The notes: generated by a model from the letters alone, not told the origin. Positions 1 to 10,672 are shown, numbered from the stretch's first letter. The stretch is 64,000 bases of DNA from Rickettsiales bacterium (GCA_022763105.1 JALEGK010000011.1:15671-79670), one strand, 5' to 3'. Made by a program: numbers and translations.

Positions 1-107
1 TCTTCGACGCTGATATAGCAATCGCCTAAATTAAGTGCATCTTGTGCCGCCACGTTCGCAGCGATCAGGCACAGGCAGGTGGAAATGAGGATGCGGAGTG
101 CGGTCAT
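1..107 (-). CDS. N-terminal fragment of a putative secreted protein (ORF runs off window start)
   Basis: ATG at 105-107 (minus). Translation MTALRILISTCLCLIAANVAAQDALNLGDCYISVE has a signal-peptide-like N-terminus. Frame is open to position 1. Confidence 0.3.
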   Translation of the reverse strand, partial: MTALRILISTCLCLIAANVAAQDALNLGDCYISVE

Positions 108-253
108 GGCCCCAGTCTATGGGAAGCGCAGAAAAAAGCCAACGGAATCCATCTGACAGAAGGTACGGGTAACTAAACGCAGAGAGTTACCCTATCTGTC
201 ATTCTATCGGCTATATTTCCGCAGCGTGAGCCGCGGATCAATACAGGGAAGGA

Positions 254-460
254 TTAAGAAACCAGTTTCAGCTCAGCAGCTGCGGTTTTGCCTTTGTTGG
301 TTGCTAGCTCGTAGCTAACTTTTTGACCTTCGTTAAGCTCGGCTAGACCTGCTTTTTGTACTTCACTGATGTGAACGAATACGTCGCTCGCACCATCTTC
401 TGGCTCGATAAAGCCGTAGCCTTTAGTAGGGTTGAACCATTTTACTGTTCCATTCGCCAT
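254..460 (-). CDS. cspA: cold-shock protein, CspA family
   Basis: 68 aa with RNP1 KGYGFI and RNP2 VFVHIS motifs. SD GGAGA lies upstream of the ATG. Confidence 0.95.
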   Translation of the reverse strand: MANGTVKWFNPTKGYGFIEPEDGASDVFVHISEVQKAGLAELNEGQKVSYELATNKGKTAAAELKLVS

Positions 461-687
461 TTTTATCTCCTCATAAGCAAATGTTAAGAGTCATTCTCCC
501 GGAAATCTGCCCATGCAGATACCGATTTACTCTTTCCAAACGCCTTAGATCAACATGAAGAGGATCGCTTGGGCCTGACTCGGCCAGCCACATATAGCGG
601 CTACAGATGTTAAGAGCATACGAAAACTCCCCCTCTTACTACGCGAAGTGGGCGCGCATAGCAAGTGATTCGTGGGTAAATCGACGT

Positions 688-1782
688 TTAACGGCCAATA
701 CCGACCTGTAAGCGTGCACTACCCTCAATATCGCCGCCCTGAATCTGCGCGTCTGGCGTGGTGGGAATGGCGGTTTCTTGCGCTTTTTGAGCTAGCAAAA
801 TATCTGATTCGCTCACCCCTGCCTTTTCGTCCCTAACCTGCTCTAGCAGCTCAATATTATGTTGAGTTGGTGGGAAATGATGCAAATGAGCGGTGCTGCT
901 GCAGTCATAGATCGCAATGGTTGGCTGCGCGATATGGGCTTTTGGATGTTTGGCGTGATATTCATCGATCACCTGCTTGGCAATCGCGGCATGGCGTACC
1001 GCATCGAGCAAGTACATCGCCACTTCTTTGCCGCCATCCGCATGCAAAAACGTATCCCAATCGATGGGATCAGCACTATCGGGCATTTTGTCTGTTACAT
1101 TGACGAAGATGCCGCCGAAATGCTCTAATTTTGCATTGACCACTGCTTCATTATGCCAATGCGGCTTTGCGTCTCTTCCTAGGGCGTCGTAAAATTCCAT
1201 CAGCGCGTCATAGGCCGCACGTGCTTTGCCCTGACGCTCTGTGCTTTTAGGGTCAATACTCATACGTTTTTCTTTTCGCCCCAAATTTGGGCTATCAAAT
1301 TGTAGACCATCGAGCACTTCGTCGATCTCTGGAAAGAGGCTTTTCTCATTGCGCGGCCATTGCAAAACCCCTACCTGTTTGCTTGAAGGCTTCTCGCTGT
1401 GCACGTCATTCTCCATATAGATAGAGTTGATATCGTGACGGCTAATAAAGGATATCGGTGGATTGATCAGGCACAGACCGGAGCCAGTTCTCCATAAATG
1501 TATCGGGCTGGCTGGCGTGATGGCTGTAGTGGCCATACCAATCATGCCATGCTTTGGATCACCCTTTTGCAGACGAAATTGTTTGCCGGTGGCGGTGTCA
1601 TCATAGATGGCTTTGGGCTCACCCGACATGACACGAAACACCGAACGCATCTCTTCATCGGTCATCTCATCGGTGAATTCGCATGTATGCACACAAAAGG
1701 GTTCGGCCTTAGTATTACCCCATGCGGTTTGCATGCGCTGATAGGCGTCATCATAGGCTTTGTTCGAGCGTGGGTCTGACAT
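688..1782 (-). CDS. hypothetical protein (ORFan, no recognisable domain)
   Basis: 364-aa uninterrupted ORF with an ATG start. No signal peptide, no TM segment, no motif I recognise, and only a weak SD. Confidence 0.55.
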   Translation of the reverse strand: MSDPRSNKAYDDAYQRMQTAWGNTKAEPFCVHTCEFTDEMTDEEMRSVFRVMSGEPKAIYDDTATGKQFRLQKGDPKHGMIGMATTAITPASPIHLWRTGSGLCLINPPISFISRHDINSIYMENDVHSEKPSSKQVGVLQWPRNEKSLFPEIDEVLDGLQFDSPNLGRKEKRMSIDPKSTERQGKARAAYDALMEFYDALGRDAKPHWHNEAVVNAKLEHFGGIFVNVTDKMPDSADPIDWDTFLHADGGKEVAMYLLDAVRHAAIAKQVIDEYHAKHPKAHIAQPTIAIYDCSSTAHLHHFPPTQHNIELLEQVRDEKAGVSESDILLAQKAQETAIPTTPDAQIQGGDIEGSARLQVGIGR

Positions 1783-1969
1783 GGCTGCATTTTACACCAA
1801 TTACATCGATGAAACTAGGTGCCGGTTTAAACTGTCATCGATTTTTCATGAATATGAATGACTTATTTTGGGACAGTCACCTCGCCCAAATCGGCCATTT
1901 TCTTTACTTAGCCACCACCCAGCCATACCATTTCCTTATATAAAAACACTTCTTTTCAGGGGGGAACAG

Positions 1970-3682
1970 ATGTTTTTTGGACGCAACAACTCACATAACT
2001 CATTAAACCGCAAAGAACTGGAAGCGCTCGAGCGTTCTCAGGCCGTTATTCGCTTTACGCCGGATGGCAGCATTATCCACGCGAATGAAAATTTTTGTAA
2101 CACCATGGGGTATGATCTTCGCGATATCGTCGGGCAACATCACAGCATGTTCGTTGATCCGGACTACGCACAATCCGATGATTATCGCATGTTCTGGAAA
2201 TCACTGCGACGCGGTGACTTTCTAGCCCAGCAATTTAAGCGTTTTGCCCGAGGTGGACGAGAAATCTGGATTGAAGCATCCTATAACCCGATTCTGGACG
2301 ATGATGGCGAAGTGGTACAGGTCGTTAAATATGCGACCGATATTACCGAGCAGAAAAAACAAGAAGCCTCTTTTAAAGGGCAGCTTGATGCCATTTCGCG
2401 CTCACAAGCCGTCATTGAATTTGAGCTGGATGGCACCATCATTACTGCCAATGAGAATTTCTGCGCGGCAATGGGTTATGCATTAGAGGAAATTCAAGGC
2501 AAGCATCACAGTATGTTCGCTGACCCTGAATATGCTAAAAGCACTGAGTATGGAAACTTCTGGACGCGCTTGCGTAATGGCGAATTCTTCTCTGGTGAAT
2601 TTCAACGTTTTGGTAAAGGCGGCAAAGAAATCTGGATTCAGGCATCTTATAACCCGATCATGGATGCGAGTGGCATCCCCATGCGTGTGATCAAATATGC
2701 CAGCGACATTACCGAACAAAAGACGAAGAACGCCCTATTTGAAGGGCAAATGGGCGCCGTTGAGCAATCTTATGCCGTGATTGAATTTGAGCCGGATGGC
2801 ACCATTATTCGCGCCAACCCCAATTTTCTGGGCGCAATGGGCTATAGCCTAGAAGAAATTGCTGGCAAACATCACAGCATGTTTGCGACGACTGAATATG
2901 CCAGCAGCGCTGAGTATCAACATTTTTGGGATGATTTGCGTGCGGGTCATTTTAACACCGGCTTCTTCCAGCGCTTTGGTAAGGGCGGCAAAGAAGTCTG
3001 GATTCAGGCGACCTACGCCCCGATTATGGATGCGAATGGCAAGGTAATCCGTGTGATGAAAACCGCGATTGACGTCACGGATTTGGTGAAGACCACCCAC
3101 ACGGCAGAAGATGCTTCGGGCAATGTACAAAGCGTGGCATCGGCTGTAGAGGAACTCTCTGCATCGGTGCAGGAAATCACCTGCAACATGTCTGCTTCCA
3201 ACACCTCTACGCACGACATTCTGCAAGTCGCCATTGAGTCTGATGCTGAGACTGAACGGCTGGTTACCAGCATGCAGCAAATGGAAAATGTGATTGAGTT
3301 GATCAACACCATTGCCGGTCAGATCAATTTGCTGGCACTCAATGCGACCATCGAATCTGCGCGTGCTGGCGAGGCTGGTAAAGGCTTTGCCGTGGTAGCG
3401 TCTGAGGTGAAAAGCTTAGCCAATCAGACCACCAAAGCAACCGAAGGCATTACCGCTGAGATTCAGGCGGTTCAGGAGATCTCGCAAGCCGTATCCGAAA
3501 GCGTGAAGCGCATTCGCGAATTTGCCGAAAGCGTGAGTGAGAAAGTATCGGGCACGGCGTCTGCGATTGAAGAGCAAAGCGCGGTCACCAACGAGATTTC
3601 AAGCAATACGCAGCGGGTCGCCAATTCGATCACCGAAATTGCTGGAAATATGCGTCGTGCAACGGGGCAAGAAGCCGCTTAG
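1970..3682 (+). CDS. soluble methyl-accepting chemotaxis protein with three tandem PAS domains
   Basis: ATG at 1970 is preceded by AGGGGGGAA. Three 122-aa PAS-like modules are followed by an MCP signalling hairpin ([32 protein letters not shown]). No TM or HAMP. Confidence 0.9.
   Translation: MFFGRNNSHNSLNRKELEALERSQAVIRFTPDGSIIHANENFCNTMGYDLRDIVGQHHSMFVDPDYAQSDDYRMFWKSLRRGDFLAQQFKRFARGGREIWIEASYNPILDDDGEVVQVVKYATDITEQKKQEASFKGQLDAISRSQAVIEFELDGTIITANENFCAAMGYALEEIQGKHHSMFADPEYAKSTEYGNFWTRLRNGEFFSGEFQRFGKGGKEIWIQASYNPIMDASGIPMRVIKYASDITEQKTKNALFEGQMGAVEQSYAVIEFEPDGTIIRANPNFLGAMGYSLEEIAGKHHSMFATTEYASSAEYQHFWDDLRAGHFNTGFFQRFGKGGKEVWIQATYAPIMDANGKVIRVMKTAIDVTDLVKTTHTAEDASGNVQSVASAVEELSASVQEITCNMSASNTSTHDILQVAIESDAETERLVTSMQQMENVIELINTIAGQINLLALNATIESARAGEAGKGFAVVASEVKSLANQTTKATEGITAEIQAVQEISQAVSESVKRIREFAESVSEKVSGTASAIEEQSAVTNEISSNTQRVANSITEIAGNMRRATGQEAA
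2018..3115 (+). repeat. three tandem 366-nt (122-codon) PAS-module repeats inside the MCP gene
   Basis: Modules start at 2018, 2384 and 2750. Shared blocks: SQAVIEFxxDGTIIxANENF, [27 protein letters not shown], VIKYAxDITEQK. Confidence 0.85.
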
Positions 3683-3713
3683 CGATTGGGTGATATCAAC
3701 ATCAAACCATCAC

Positions 3714-3741
3714 ATGACTGACATCAAACAGTCATAATTTT
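3714..3741 (+). terminator. possible weak intrinsic terminator after the MCP gene
   Basis: Inverted repeat ATGACTG(3714-3720)/CAGTCAT(3729-3735) followed by AATTTTG. Confidence 0.35.
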
Positions 3742-3781
3742 GCGCTATTATCTAATTAGTTAGAATATTGCGCGGGATGAG

Positions 3782-4936
3782 ATGGCAGATAACGGCACAC
3801 AAACACCGACAAGGCCCAATACCATTCGGGAAATGATCTCGAATTCGGTCAGCAATTCACGTACACGCACCGATTCAGGCTGGCAGCCTATTAACGGACA
3901 ATTCGTTGATTCGGGGCGCGAGCATTCCATTTTCAAGCTTAAAGGATTCGAGGCTGGTTCACGCCTTAGCAATGGCGAATCATCAGAGAAAGCTTTTGGG
4001 CTTCGTCTATCGAACGAACTGCTAGAAAAACGCGGGCGTACCGAGAAATGGGATTGCCCGGCTCAGACATTCGAGGTCGCACTAAAAAGCACAACACACC
4101 TGACCCCTGCACCGTTCATCTTTAAAGGGTTTGATCTCGGCCAAACCTATTTGCAAGGCGTTGATCGTCAGGGTCAAAAGACCGGCATTGAAGTGATTAA
4201 ACGCATGCCCGGCTTCTCGCTGGAGCGTTGGATGGAGAATTGGAAGAATCGTCAGCATGGCACAGATGATGGCGCACGTCATGCGCTGATGGAGCGTCTG
4301 GTGAGCGACACATCGATTGCTGACAGCAAGATGCCGGAGTTGCAGCATCTTATTGAGCAAGTTGCAGAGCTTGGTTGGTATGGCTTGCATCGTATCGACA
4401 ACCAACTAGCTGCCGTGCCAAGCAACATCTTGATCGAAGATAAGGGCGGCTCATTCTCATTGCATTTGGTGAATCTGACGGGTGAGCATTTAGAGCCTTA
4501 TGCAGAGAAAGGTACCGTCGATAAAACCCGTGCACAAAACGCCATTTACGCAGTGCGCGAATTACTGGGCAATTTGATTCAGGATTTAGCAGGTGAAGAG
4601 GCGGCGCGTAGCTATCGCGATCCTGATGCACCGATGCCAAAGCCAAACACGCCAGCGGGTCGATTCTTAGCGAATGTAAAAGAGGTTTACCGCAATAGTG
4701 ATCTGATTAAGGCACTGAAAGAAACCTATGAGAACCCTGCAAAAGATCGCATGAGCGAGGACCGTGCATTACTAAAATCTCGCTTTCCTGACAAAGAGCC
4801 ACCACTCGCCCATGTGAATATGGGTGTGGTGGGTGCAAACACACAAGGTGTTGGTTTGCAAACGCGTTCACCAAACTTCCTGAAGCTGCTGGACAGCATC
4901 AATAAGCAAATTCAATCAGACGATCGTAGTGTGTAG
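3782..4936 (+). CDS. hypothetical protein with protein-kinase-like motif pattern
   Basis: 384-aa ORF. Motifs in kinase order: FEVALKS (VAxK-like), IKRMPGFSLERW (hinge-like), GLHRIDNQLAAVPSNILIE (HxD...N catalytic-loop-like), HLVNLTG (DFG position, N instead of D). Confidence 0.55.
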   Translation: MADNGTQTPTRPNTIREMISNSVSNSRTRTDSGWQPINGQFVDSGREHSIFKLKGFEAGSRLSNGESSEKAFGLRLSNELLEKRGRTEKWDCPAQTFEVALKSTTHLTPAPFIFKGFDLGQTYLQGVDRQGQKTGIEVIKRMPGFSLERWMENWKNRQHGTDDGARHALMERLVSDTSIADSKMPELQHLIEQVAELGWYGLHRIDNQLAAVPSNILIEDKGGSFSLHLVNLTGEHLEPYAEKGTVDKTRAQNAIYAVRELLGNLIQDLAGEEAARSYRDPDAPMPKPNTPAGRFLANVKEVYRNSDLIKALKETYENPAKDRMSEDRALLKSRFPDKEPPLAHVNMGVVGANTQGVGLQTRSPNFLKLLDSINKQIQSDDRSV

Positions 4937-4949
4937 TTGTAGCGCGTAG

Positions 4950-5300
4950 TTAAAGCGCTGCCGTTACCGTAATTTCCACCAATATATTTGGCTTGGCCAT
5001 TTCCGCCTGCACGCAGGTGCGCGCGGGTCTTGGGCCATCGCCCAGCCATTCGCCCCACACCTCGTTCATTTGCGCGACTTGGGTAATGTCTTTGATATAG
5101 ATGGTGGCCGATAGCATGCGGTTACGGTCGGTGCCTGCCTCGGCTAAATGCTCATCAACGCGCTCTAGCATGGTGCGGGTTTGTTCTTTTAAATCTGCTT
5201 CGTAATCTTTAGCGACCTGTCCGCATAGATAGATAATGCCGTTATGCACGACGGCACGGCTGAGTTTTGGTCCTGATTGGTATCGGGTAATGTCAGTCAT
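4950..5300 (-). CDS. RidA/YjgF family reactive-intermediate deaminase
   Basis: 116 aa, typical RidA-family length and sequence (GQVA...TxxML..V...L..AG........ATIYI.D). Confidence 0.85.
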   Translation of the reverse strand: MTDITRYQSGPKLSRAVVHNGIIYLCGQVAKDYEADLKEQTRTMLERVDEHLAEAGTDRNRMLSATIYIKDITQVAQMNEVWGEWLGDGPRPARTCVQAEMAKPNILVEITVTAAL

Positions 5301-5333
5301 GGATACTCCTTGGTGAATATTCGAAGCGAGACT

Positions 5334-6650
5334 CTAGCTCGCCACCTTCTCGATTGATTCCATTTTTCCTAGCAATTCGAGCACTTCTTTCGATGCGCCT
5401 TCGACTTGTTTGATCTCAGCCAGAGCTGCATCGACCTGACCGCTATTGTAGTATTTCACGGCCTGAATACCGTGCTGATGTACACGCTTGTGAGGGTCGA
5501 CCAACTTTTTATAATCCGCGTTATTTTTGTAGCGCGGGTCTTGGACCGCATCATACCATTTACCCAATCGGCACGTATGATGATCAGCCAGCTCATCTGG
5601 GTTTAACCCTTCGCGCCCGGCGATCATATTGGCTAGGCGCTTCTTCCAAATCACATGATCGGATTGCGCAAGCTTAACTACTTTTGCCGGAACATTCAGC
5701 TCGGCCATAAAGGCGACTTGCACCGAGATCATTTTCTCGACCTCGTTCATGGCGTCGACGATCTGCTCGACATCTTGAACATTCTTCGCGCTGCTTGTCG
5801 CGATAGCGGCCACACCCTCTGCCACCTCGTTCGACGCGACTGCTTGCTCTTGAAGGGTATTAGAAATATGCACCGTATCTTTTGACACTTCATCAATGCG
5901 CTGGCGAATGATGGTGATTTTTTCACTCAAGTCAGCGATTGAAATCTCGCCGGACTCCACAGCTTCCGAGCTGCGCTTCATCGAATCCATGATCGCGCTC
6001 ATATCACTTTTAAGCTGCACGACAATGCTATCAATTTCTTCGGTCGCTTTTGCGGTTTGGTTCGACAAACTCTTCACTTCTGATGCAACCACGGCAAAGC
6101 CTCTGCCCGCCTCACCAGCACGCGCCGCCTCGATGGTGGCATTGAGCGCCAGCAAATTGGTCTGAGATGCGATGGTTTTGATGGTAGCCAGAATATTTGA
6201 AATTTTTGCGGATAGTTCATCCAGCGTTGCAACGCGTTGTCCGGTTTCTTCTACGGTTTGCGAGATATCATTCATACGGTCTTTGGTGGCAAGCGAGGCA
6301 TGCTCACCTTCCATCGTTGCTTCTTGCGCCATCTGCGCTTGATCCGAAATATTGATACCGTATTTGCCAATCTCGCCGACCGTCGCGGTCATCTCCTCAC
6401 TGGCTGCGGCAATCGATTGGGTTTGCTCATCTACCTTGCGCAGGGTAGAAAGCATTTCAGCTGAGAAAATAGCGGTTTCATTCGCTTTTACCGATACGGA
6501 AACGACGCGGCTCATCTCTTCTTCGACGCGCGATCGCAACATAGAAGCCAGTTCATTGAATTTGAGCGCCAGCGAATCATCGCCGTCCATACTCACCGTA
6601 TAATCACCCTGCAAGAGTGCATCAATGGCATCTTCGATTTCTTCTGTCAT
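5334..6650 (-). CDS. cytoplasmic methyl-accepting chemotaxis protein with C-terminal CZB (chemoreceptor zinc-binding) domain, TlpD-like
   Basis: MCP hairpin [33 protein letters not shown]-terminal HVIWKKRL...[10 protein letters not shown]...HKRVHQHG matches the CZB pattern. Start trimmed to the ATG at 6650 (SD AGGGAA) to avoid overlap with osmC. Confidence 0.88.
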   Translation of the reverse strand: MTEEIEDAIDALLQGDYTVSMDGDDSLALKFNELASMLRSRVEEEMSRVVSVSVKANETAIFSAEMLSTLRKVDEQTQSIAAASEEMTATVGEIGKYGINISDQAQMAQEATMEGEHASLATKDRMNDISQTVEETGQRVATLDELSAKISNILATIKTIASQTNLLALNATIEAARAGEAGRGFAVVASEVKSLSNQTAKATEEIDSIVVQLKSDMSAIMDSMKRSSEAVESGEISIADLSEKITIIRQRIDEVSKDTVHISNTLQEQAVASNEVAEGVAAIATSSAKNVQDVEQIVDAMNEVEKMISVQVAFMAELNVPAKVVKLAQSDHVIWKKRLANMIAGREGLNPDELADHHTCRLGKWYDAVQDPRYKNNADYKKLVDPHKRVHQHGIQAVKYYNSGQVDAALAEIKQVEGASKEVLELLGKMESIEKVAS

Positions 6651-6731
6651 GATTTCCCTGTTTATTTTTGTGGTCTTAAGCCGTGCCAGAATGCTACATT
6701 TCGCATCATTTTGCAAAGAAAGGATGTCCAA

Positions 6732-7139
6732 ATGGTTGCTATTACCATCGATTATCAAGGAAATTTACGCACGCAAGCCACGCATGAGCCTTCTGGCACT
6801 ACCATGCTCACCGATGCACCGGTTGACAATCATGGCAAGGGCGAGAGCTTCTCGCCGACTGATCTGGTGGCAACCGCGCTTGGCAGCTGCATGCTGACGT
6901 TGATTGGCATCTACGCCAATAAACATAACATTGATGTATCTGGCTCGACGGCACGCGTTGAGAAGTCAATGGCAACGGCACCATCGCGCCGCGTGGGTGA
7001 ATTAAACGTGCATTTGCATATCCCTCATGCGCTGAGTGATGAGCAAAAAGAGATTCTGAAAAAAGCGGCACTCACCTGCCCTGTGCATCATAGCCTGCAC
7101 CCAGACATCTCGATTCCGGTGGAGTGGGAATGGGGTTAA
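6732..7139 (+). CDS. OsmC/Ohr family peroxiredoxin-like protein
   Basis: Two family cysteines in LGSCMLT and ALTCPVH. ATG at 6732 lies after AAGAAAGGA. Confidence 0.85.
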   Translation: MVAITIDYQGNLRTQATHEPSGTTMLTDAPVDNHGKGESFSPTDLVATALGSCMLTLIGIYANKHNIDVSGSTARVEKSMATAPSRRVGELNVHLHIPHALSDEQKEILKKAALTCPVHHSLHPDISIPVEWEWG

Positions 7140-7222
7140 TCTCCCCCATAATCGCTGATCTTACTTGCATTGCTGCATTATATGGTTAAGTTCCGCCCAG
7201 ATTTGATGGGAAGGGACTCCGC

Positions 7223-8773
7223 ATGGTTGGCACATTATCGCCTCAGACAATTAAAACCGAAATTCTATCTGGCTTGACCGTTGCACTGGCATTGGTACCA
7301 GAAGCCGTGGCCTTTGCGTTCATCGCAGGGGTTGAGCCTCTGGTTGGCCTATATGCCGCCTTCTTGGTCGGGTTGATCACTTCTGCTTTTGGTGGCCGCC
7401 CTGGCATGATTTCTGGCGCGACCGGTGCTCTGGCTGTTGTGATGGTCAGCTTAGTGGCGCAGCATGGTGTTCAATATCTCTTCGCTACCGTCGTGCTTAT
7501 GGGCGTATTGCAAGCGTTAGCAGGCTTCTTCCGTTTGGGTAAATTCATCCGCATGGTGCCCTACCCTGTCATGCTTGGCTTTGTGAATGGCTTAGCGATT
7601 GTTATCTTTCTGGCTCAGCTGGGCCAGTTTAAAGTCGAAGATGCATCAGGCGCATTAGTCTGGATGCAGGGTGACCCGCTGCTGGTGATGTTTGGCATTA
7701 TCTCGATTACGATGGGCGTCATTTTGTTTCTGCCGAAGCTGACCTCTAAATTCCCTGCTCCGTTGGCCGGTATTCTGGTTGCCTCAGCTGTGGTGATTTT
7801 TGGCGACATCGATACGCGCACGGTGGGCGATATGGCAAGCATTGCCGGTAGCCTCCCTAGCTTTGCACTTCCCGATGTACCGCTTAACTTTGAGACTTTG
7901 CGTATCATCTTTCCTTATGCGCTGATTCTGGCGGCCATTGGTCTGATCGAGTCGTTGCTGACGCTGACTTTGATTGACGAGATGACCGAAACACGCGGAC
8001 GTAATAGCCGCGAATGTATTGCGCAAGGCGCGGCTAATGTCGTGACCGGATTTTTTGGCGGCATGGGCGGTTGTGCGATGATCGGCCAGAGCATGATTAA
8101 CATCAAGTCCGGCGGACGTCAGCGCTTAGCCGGTATTAGCGCCGCGTTATTCTTGCTGTGCTTTATTCTGTTTGCCTCACACTGGATTGAAATGATCCCA
8201 GTCGCCGCACTTATTGGCGTGATGTTTGTTGTCGTCATTGGCACGTTTGAATGGTCGTCTTTCCGTATCATTCACAAGATTCCACGCAGTGATGCGTTTG
8301 TGTTGATTCTGGTTTCTGCCGTTACGGTTGCCACTGACCTCGCTATTGCTGTGGTCGTTGGTGTCATCGTTTCTGCATTGGTGTTTGCATGGGAATCGGC
8401 TCGTTCAATCTATGTTGAGGCGAGCGAGGAAAAAGATGACCACATCACCTACACGTTGCATGGGCAGCTCTTCTTTGCGTCGATTAGCCGCTTTAAAGAA
8501 TTATTTGATCCGAGTAATGACCCGAAAGATGTCACGATTGATTTTCGCTATTCACGCGTGTGGGATCACTCAGCGCTTGAAGCGATTGATGCGCTGGCAG
8601 AGCGTTATATTCGCAATGACCGTCAATTGCATTTGCTGCATCTAAGTCGTGATTGTCGCGGTCTGCTCAAGCGCGCCGGACACCTTATTGAGATTGATGC
8701 AGAGAGTGACCCGCGTTATCGCGTGGTGGTGGATTATAAAAGTCATCCGCCGAAAGAGGAAGAGCTCGCTTAG
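7223..8773 (+). CDS. SulP family inorganic anion transporter with C-terminal STAS domain
   Basis: 516 aa, polytopic. SulP-like N-terminus ([21 protein letters not shown]) and a STAS-like tail ([19 protein letters not shown]). Confidence 0.9.
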   Translation: MVGTLSPQTIKTEILSGLTVALALVPEAVAFAFIAGVEPLVGLYAAFLVGLITSAFGGRPGMISGATGALAVVMVSLVAQHGVQYLFATVVLMGVLQALAGFFRLGKFIRMVPYPVMLGFVNGLAIVIFLAQLGQFKVEDASGALVWMQGDPLLVMFGIISITMGVILFLPKLTSKFPAPLAGILVASAVVIFGDIDTRTVGDMASIAGSLPSFALPDVPLNFETLRIIFPYALILAAIGLIESLLTLTLIDEMTETRGRNSRECIAQGAANVVTGFFGGMGGCAMIGQSMINIKSGGRQRLAGISAALFLLCFILFASHWIEMIPVAALIGVMFVVVIGTFEWSSFRIIHKIPRSDAFVLILVSAVTVATDLAIAVVVGVIVSALVFAWESARSIYVEASEEKDDHITYTLHGQLFFASISRFKELFDPSNDPKDVTIDFRYSRVWDHSALEAIDALAERYIRNDRQLHLLHLSRDCRGLLKRAGHLIEIDAESDPRYRVVVDYKSHPPKEEELA

Positions 8774-9327
8774 TTATTAGGCGTCGCGGTGATGCTAAGC
8801 TTCACCGGAATCTCGCGGCTCACCCATTCGGCAGCACCGTCTGATGATTTGCCAATATCGTAAGCCAAACGGTCAATGGTGAGCGCGCCAGTGGCGATCA
8901 CCGGATTAGCGTCTAGATCTTTGATCGCAAACACCATGGTGACCGGCTTCGTGATGCCGCGTATCGTCAAATCACCGATTACTTTATATGTCCCATCTTC
9001 GGTAAGCGCAAAGCTCGATGAGGTAAAGCTCGCTTTGGGATGCTCCTTTACATTGAACCAGTCTTTGGTTGGCAATGTGCCGTCATACATGCTGTTGCCA
9101 GTGGTGGCGGTGCTAACATCGAAGCTGGCAGTAAAGCGGCTGGCGTCTAGTTTAGCTGGGTCGAATGATATCTCTGCTGACCAACCTATGAACGCCCCGT
9201 CAAAGACATTGCCCGCATGCTCACCAGAAAACGTCACCATGCTGTTCTCATAATCAATGGCGTAGTCTTTGGCCCATGCACCATGCGCAAAGAGCATACA
9301 TGCTAATGCTGTGATGATATGTTTCAT
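8770..9327 (-). CDS. YceI family periplasmic polyisoprenoid-binding protein
   Basis: Signal peptide [19 protein letters not shown] and YceI-like fold motifs. ATGA stop/start overlap with the upstream cytochrome b561 gene. SD GGTGGAG. Confidence 0.85.
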   Translation of the reverse strand: MKHIITALACMLFAHGAWAKDYAIDYENSMVTFSGEHAGNVFDGAFIGWSAEISFDPAKLDASRFTASFDVSTATTGNSMYDGTLPTKDWFNVKEHPKASFTSSSFALTEDGTYKVIGDLTIRGITKPVTMVFAIKDLDANPVIATGALTIDRLAYDIGKSSDGAAEWVSREIPVKLSITATPNN

Positions 9328-9887
9328 GCTTTGCTCCACCACATGCGCGTTAGCAGATTATGCTTATCGATGATGCGGTGTTTGATGACCGCACCGACAT
9401 GACCAATAATCATCAGCCCAAACAGAATCGCTAGATAGAAATGGGCGCTGTTTGATGCCTGATAGATTGCCTTATCATCAGATGTGATGGTGGGGATGTG
9501 CGGCCATTCAAACCAACCAAACACGATGGTGGGCAAGCCAAATGGGCTGGATGACACCATGACCCATCCGCTGAGCGGCATCAGGATCATGATGGCATAT
9601 AAGCCCCAATGACCGGCTTTGACCGCCAGACGTTCCAGCCCTTGGAGGTAGGCTGGAATATCTGGAGTATGTGTGATCAGGCGCACAAGCAATCTGAGTG
9701 CCGCAGCACAGAGCAATATTACCCCACCCGATTTGTGCCATTGATAGAGCTTGAAGGTCAGCGATTTTTCTAGCTCGATATAACTCATAGTGATGCCGCT
9801 ACCCAGCATCAGCAGGAAGCCAATCGCCATTAGCCAGTGCAGCACAATCGCGGCACTATGATAACGCGTAGGCGTTGACTCGTTCAT
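9324..9887 (-). CDS. cytochrome b561 family protein (CybB-like)
   Basis: 187 aa, 4 TM segments, conserved His (HWLMA, HKSGG, GHWGLY, HVGAVIKH). Confidence 0.85.
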   Translation of the reverse strand: MNESTPTRYHSAAIVLHWLMAIGFLLMLGSGITMSYIELEKSLTFKLYQWHKSGGVILLCAAALRLLVRLITHTPDIPAYLQGLERLAVKAGHWGLYAIMILMPLSGWVMVSSSPFGLPTIVFGWFEWPHIPTITSDDKAIYQASNSAHFYLAILFGLMIIGHVGAVIKHRIIDKHNLLTRMWWSKA

Positions 9888-10525
9888 TACTCGGCTTTCG
9901 CTTCTTCGGCTTTTTGCCCAAATTCGGTTTCAAGCAGAATCGTGATATCATCGCCGATCATAGGCACGTAAGTATCGAAGCCCCAGTCCGAACGTTTGAT
10001 ATTTGCTTTAGCAGAAAAACCCATTGCCGGTGCATTAGAGAATGGCTTTTTGGCATAGGCACCGTTGAAGACAACATCGAACATGACCGGCTTGGTTTCA
10101 CCCAGCATGGTCAGATCGCCCGTCATCACACCCGTATTCTCACCTGTCTTTGACACTTTGGTTGATTTAAATGTAATGGCTGGAAATTTGCCTGCATTAA
10201 ACCAATCCTCGCCTTCGGCCAATTTCATATTGAAATCTTCTTTCTCGGTGGCGGGAAAATCGGTTTCGATAGATAATGGGTCAATCGTTGCCGTCACTTT
10301 ACTTTTGGTCACGTCTTTGGGGTCATAATGAAGGGTCGCATCGATATCGGTAAAACGTGCAGTGTAATTCGACAGCCCTAGGTGATTCACCTTCCAGGTC
10401 ACGCTCGCATGGGTTTTATCGAGCGTATATTCACCGGCTGGCATTTCATTAGCCGGCGTCATATCAGCGGCGGCAGCCATCATCGGCAACAGCGCAGCGC
10501 CTATCATAAGCGTTTGTTTTAACAT
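9887..10525 (-). CDS. YceI family periplasmic protein
   Basis: Signal peptide MLKQTLMIGAALLPMMAAAA and YceI-like sequence. TAATG overlap with the downstream b561 gene. Confidence 0.85.
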   Translation of the reverse strand: MLKQTLMIGAALLPMMAAAADMTPANEMPAGEYTLDKTHASVTWKVNHLGLSNYTARFTDIDATLHYDPKDVTKSKVTATIDPLSIETDFPATEKEDFNMKLAEGEDWFNAGKFPAITFKSTKVSKTGENTGVMTGDLTMLGETKPVMFDVVFNGAYAKKPFSNAPAMGFSAKANIKRSDWGFDTYVPMIGDDITILLETEFGQKAEEAKAE

Positions 10526-10619
10526 ATTCTTTCTCCCTTACATGGTCAGATATGACCGTTATGTCTTGTTTATAGATGTGGCGAGGATGGCAGCGGGTTT
10601 CAAGATGTGCAATGCAAAA

Positions 10620-10672
10620 AGTTGAAAAAAGTAACCCCGCCAGTCAGGGCTTGGGGGCAGCGACTGGCGGGG
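10620..10672 (-). terminator. rho-independent terminator downstream of hsp20
   Basis: Perfect 11-bp stem CCCCGCCAGTC (10635-10645)/GACTGGCGGGG (10662-10672), followed on the minus strand by TTACTTTTTTCAACTTTTT. Confidence 0.65.

Noticed and set aside
160-240. Two hairpins (GGGTAAC...GTTACCC and TCCGCGGC...GCTGCGGA) downstream of cspA, as terminators
   Set aside because: Neither is followed by a T-tract on the cspA strand. They might act as terminators but cannot be supported.
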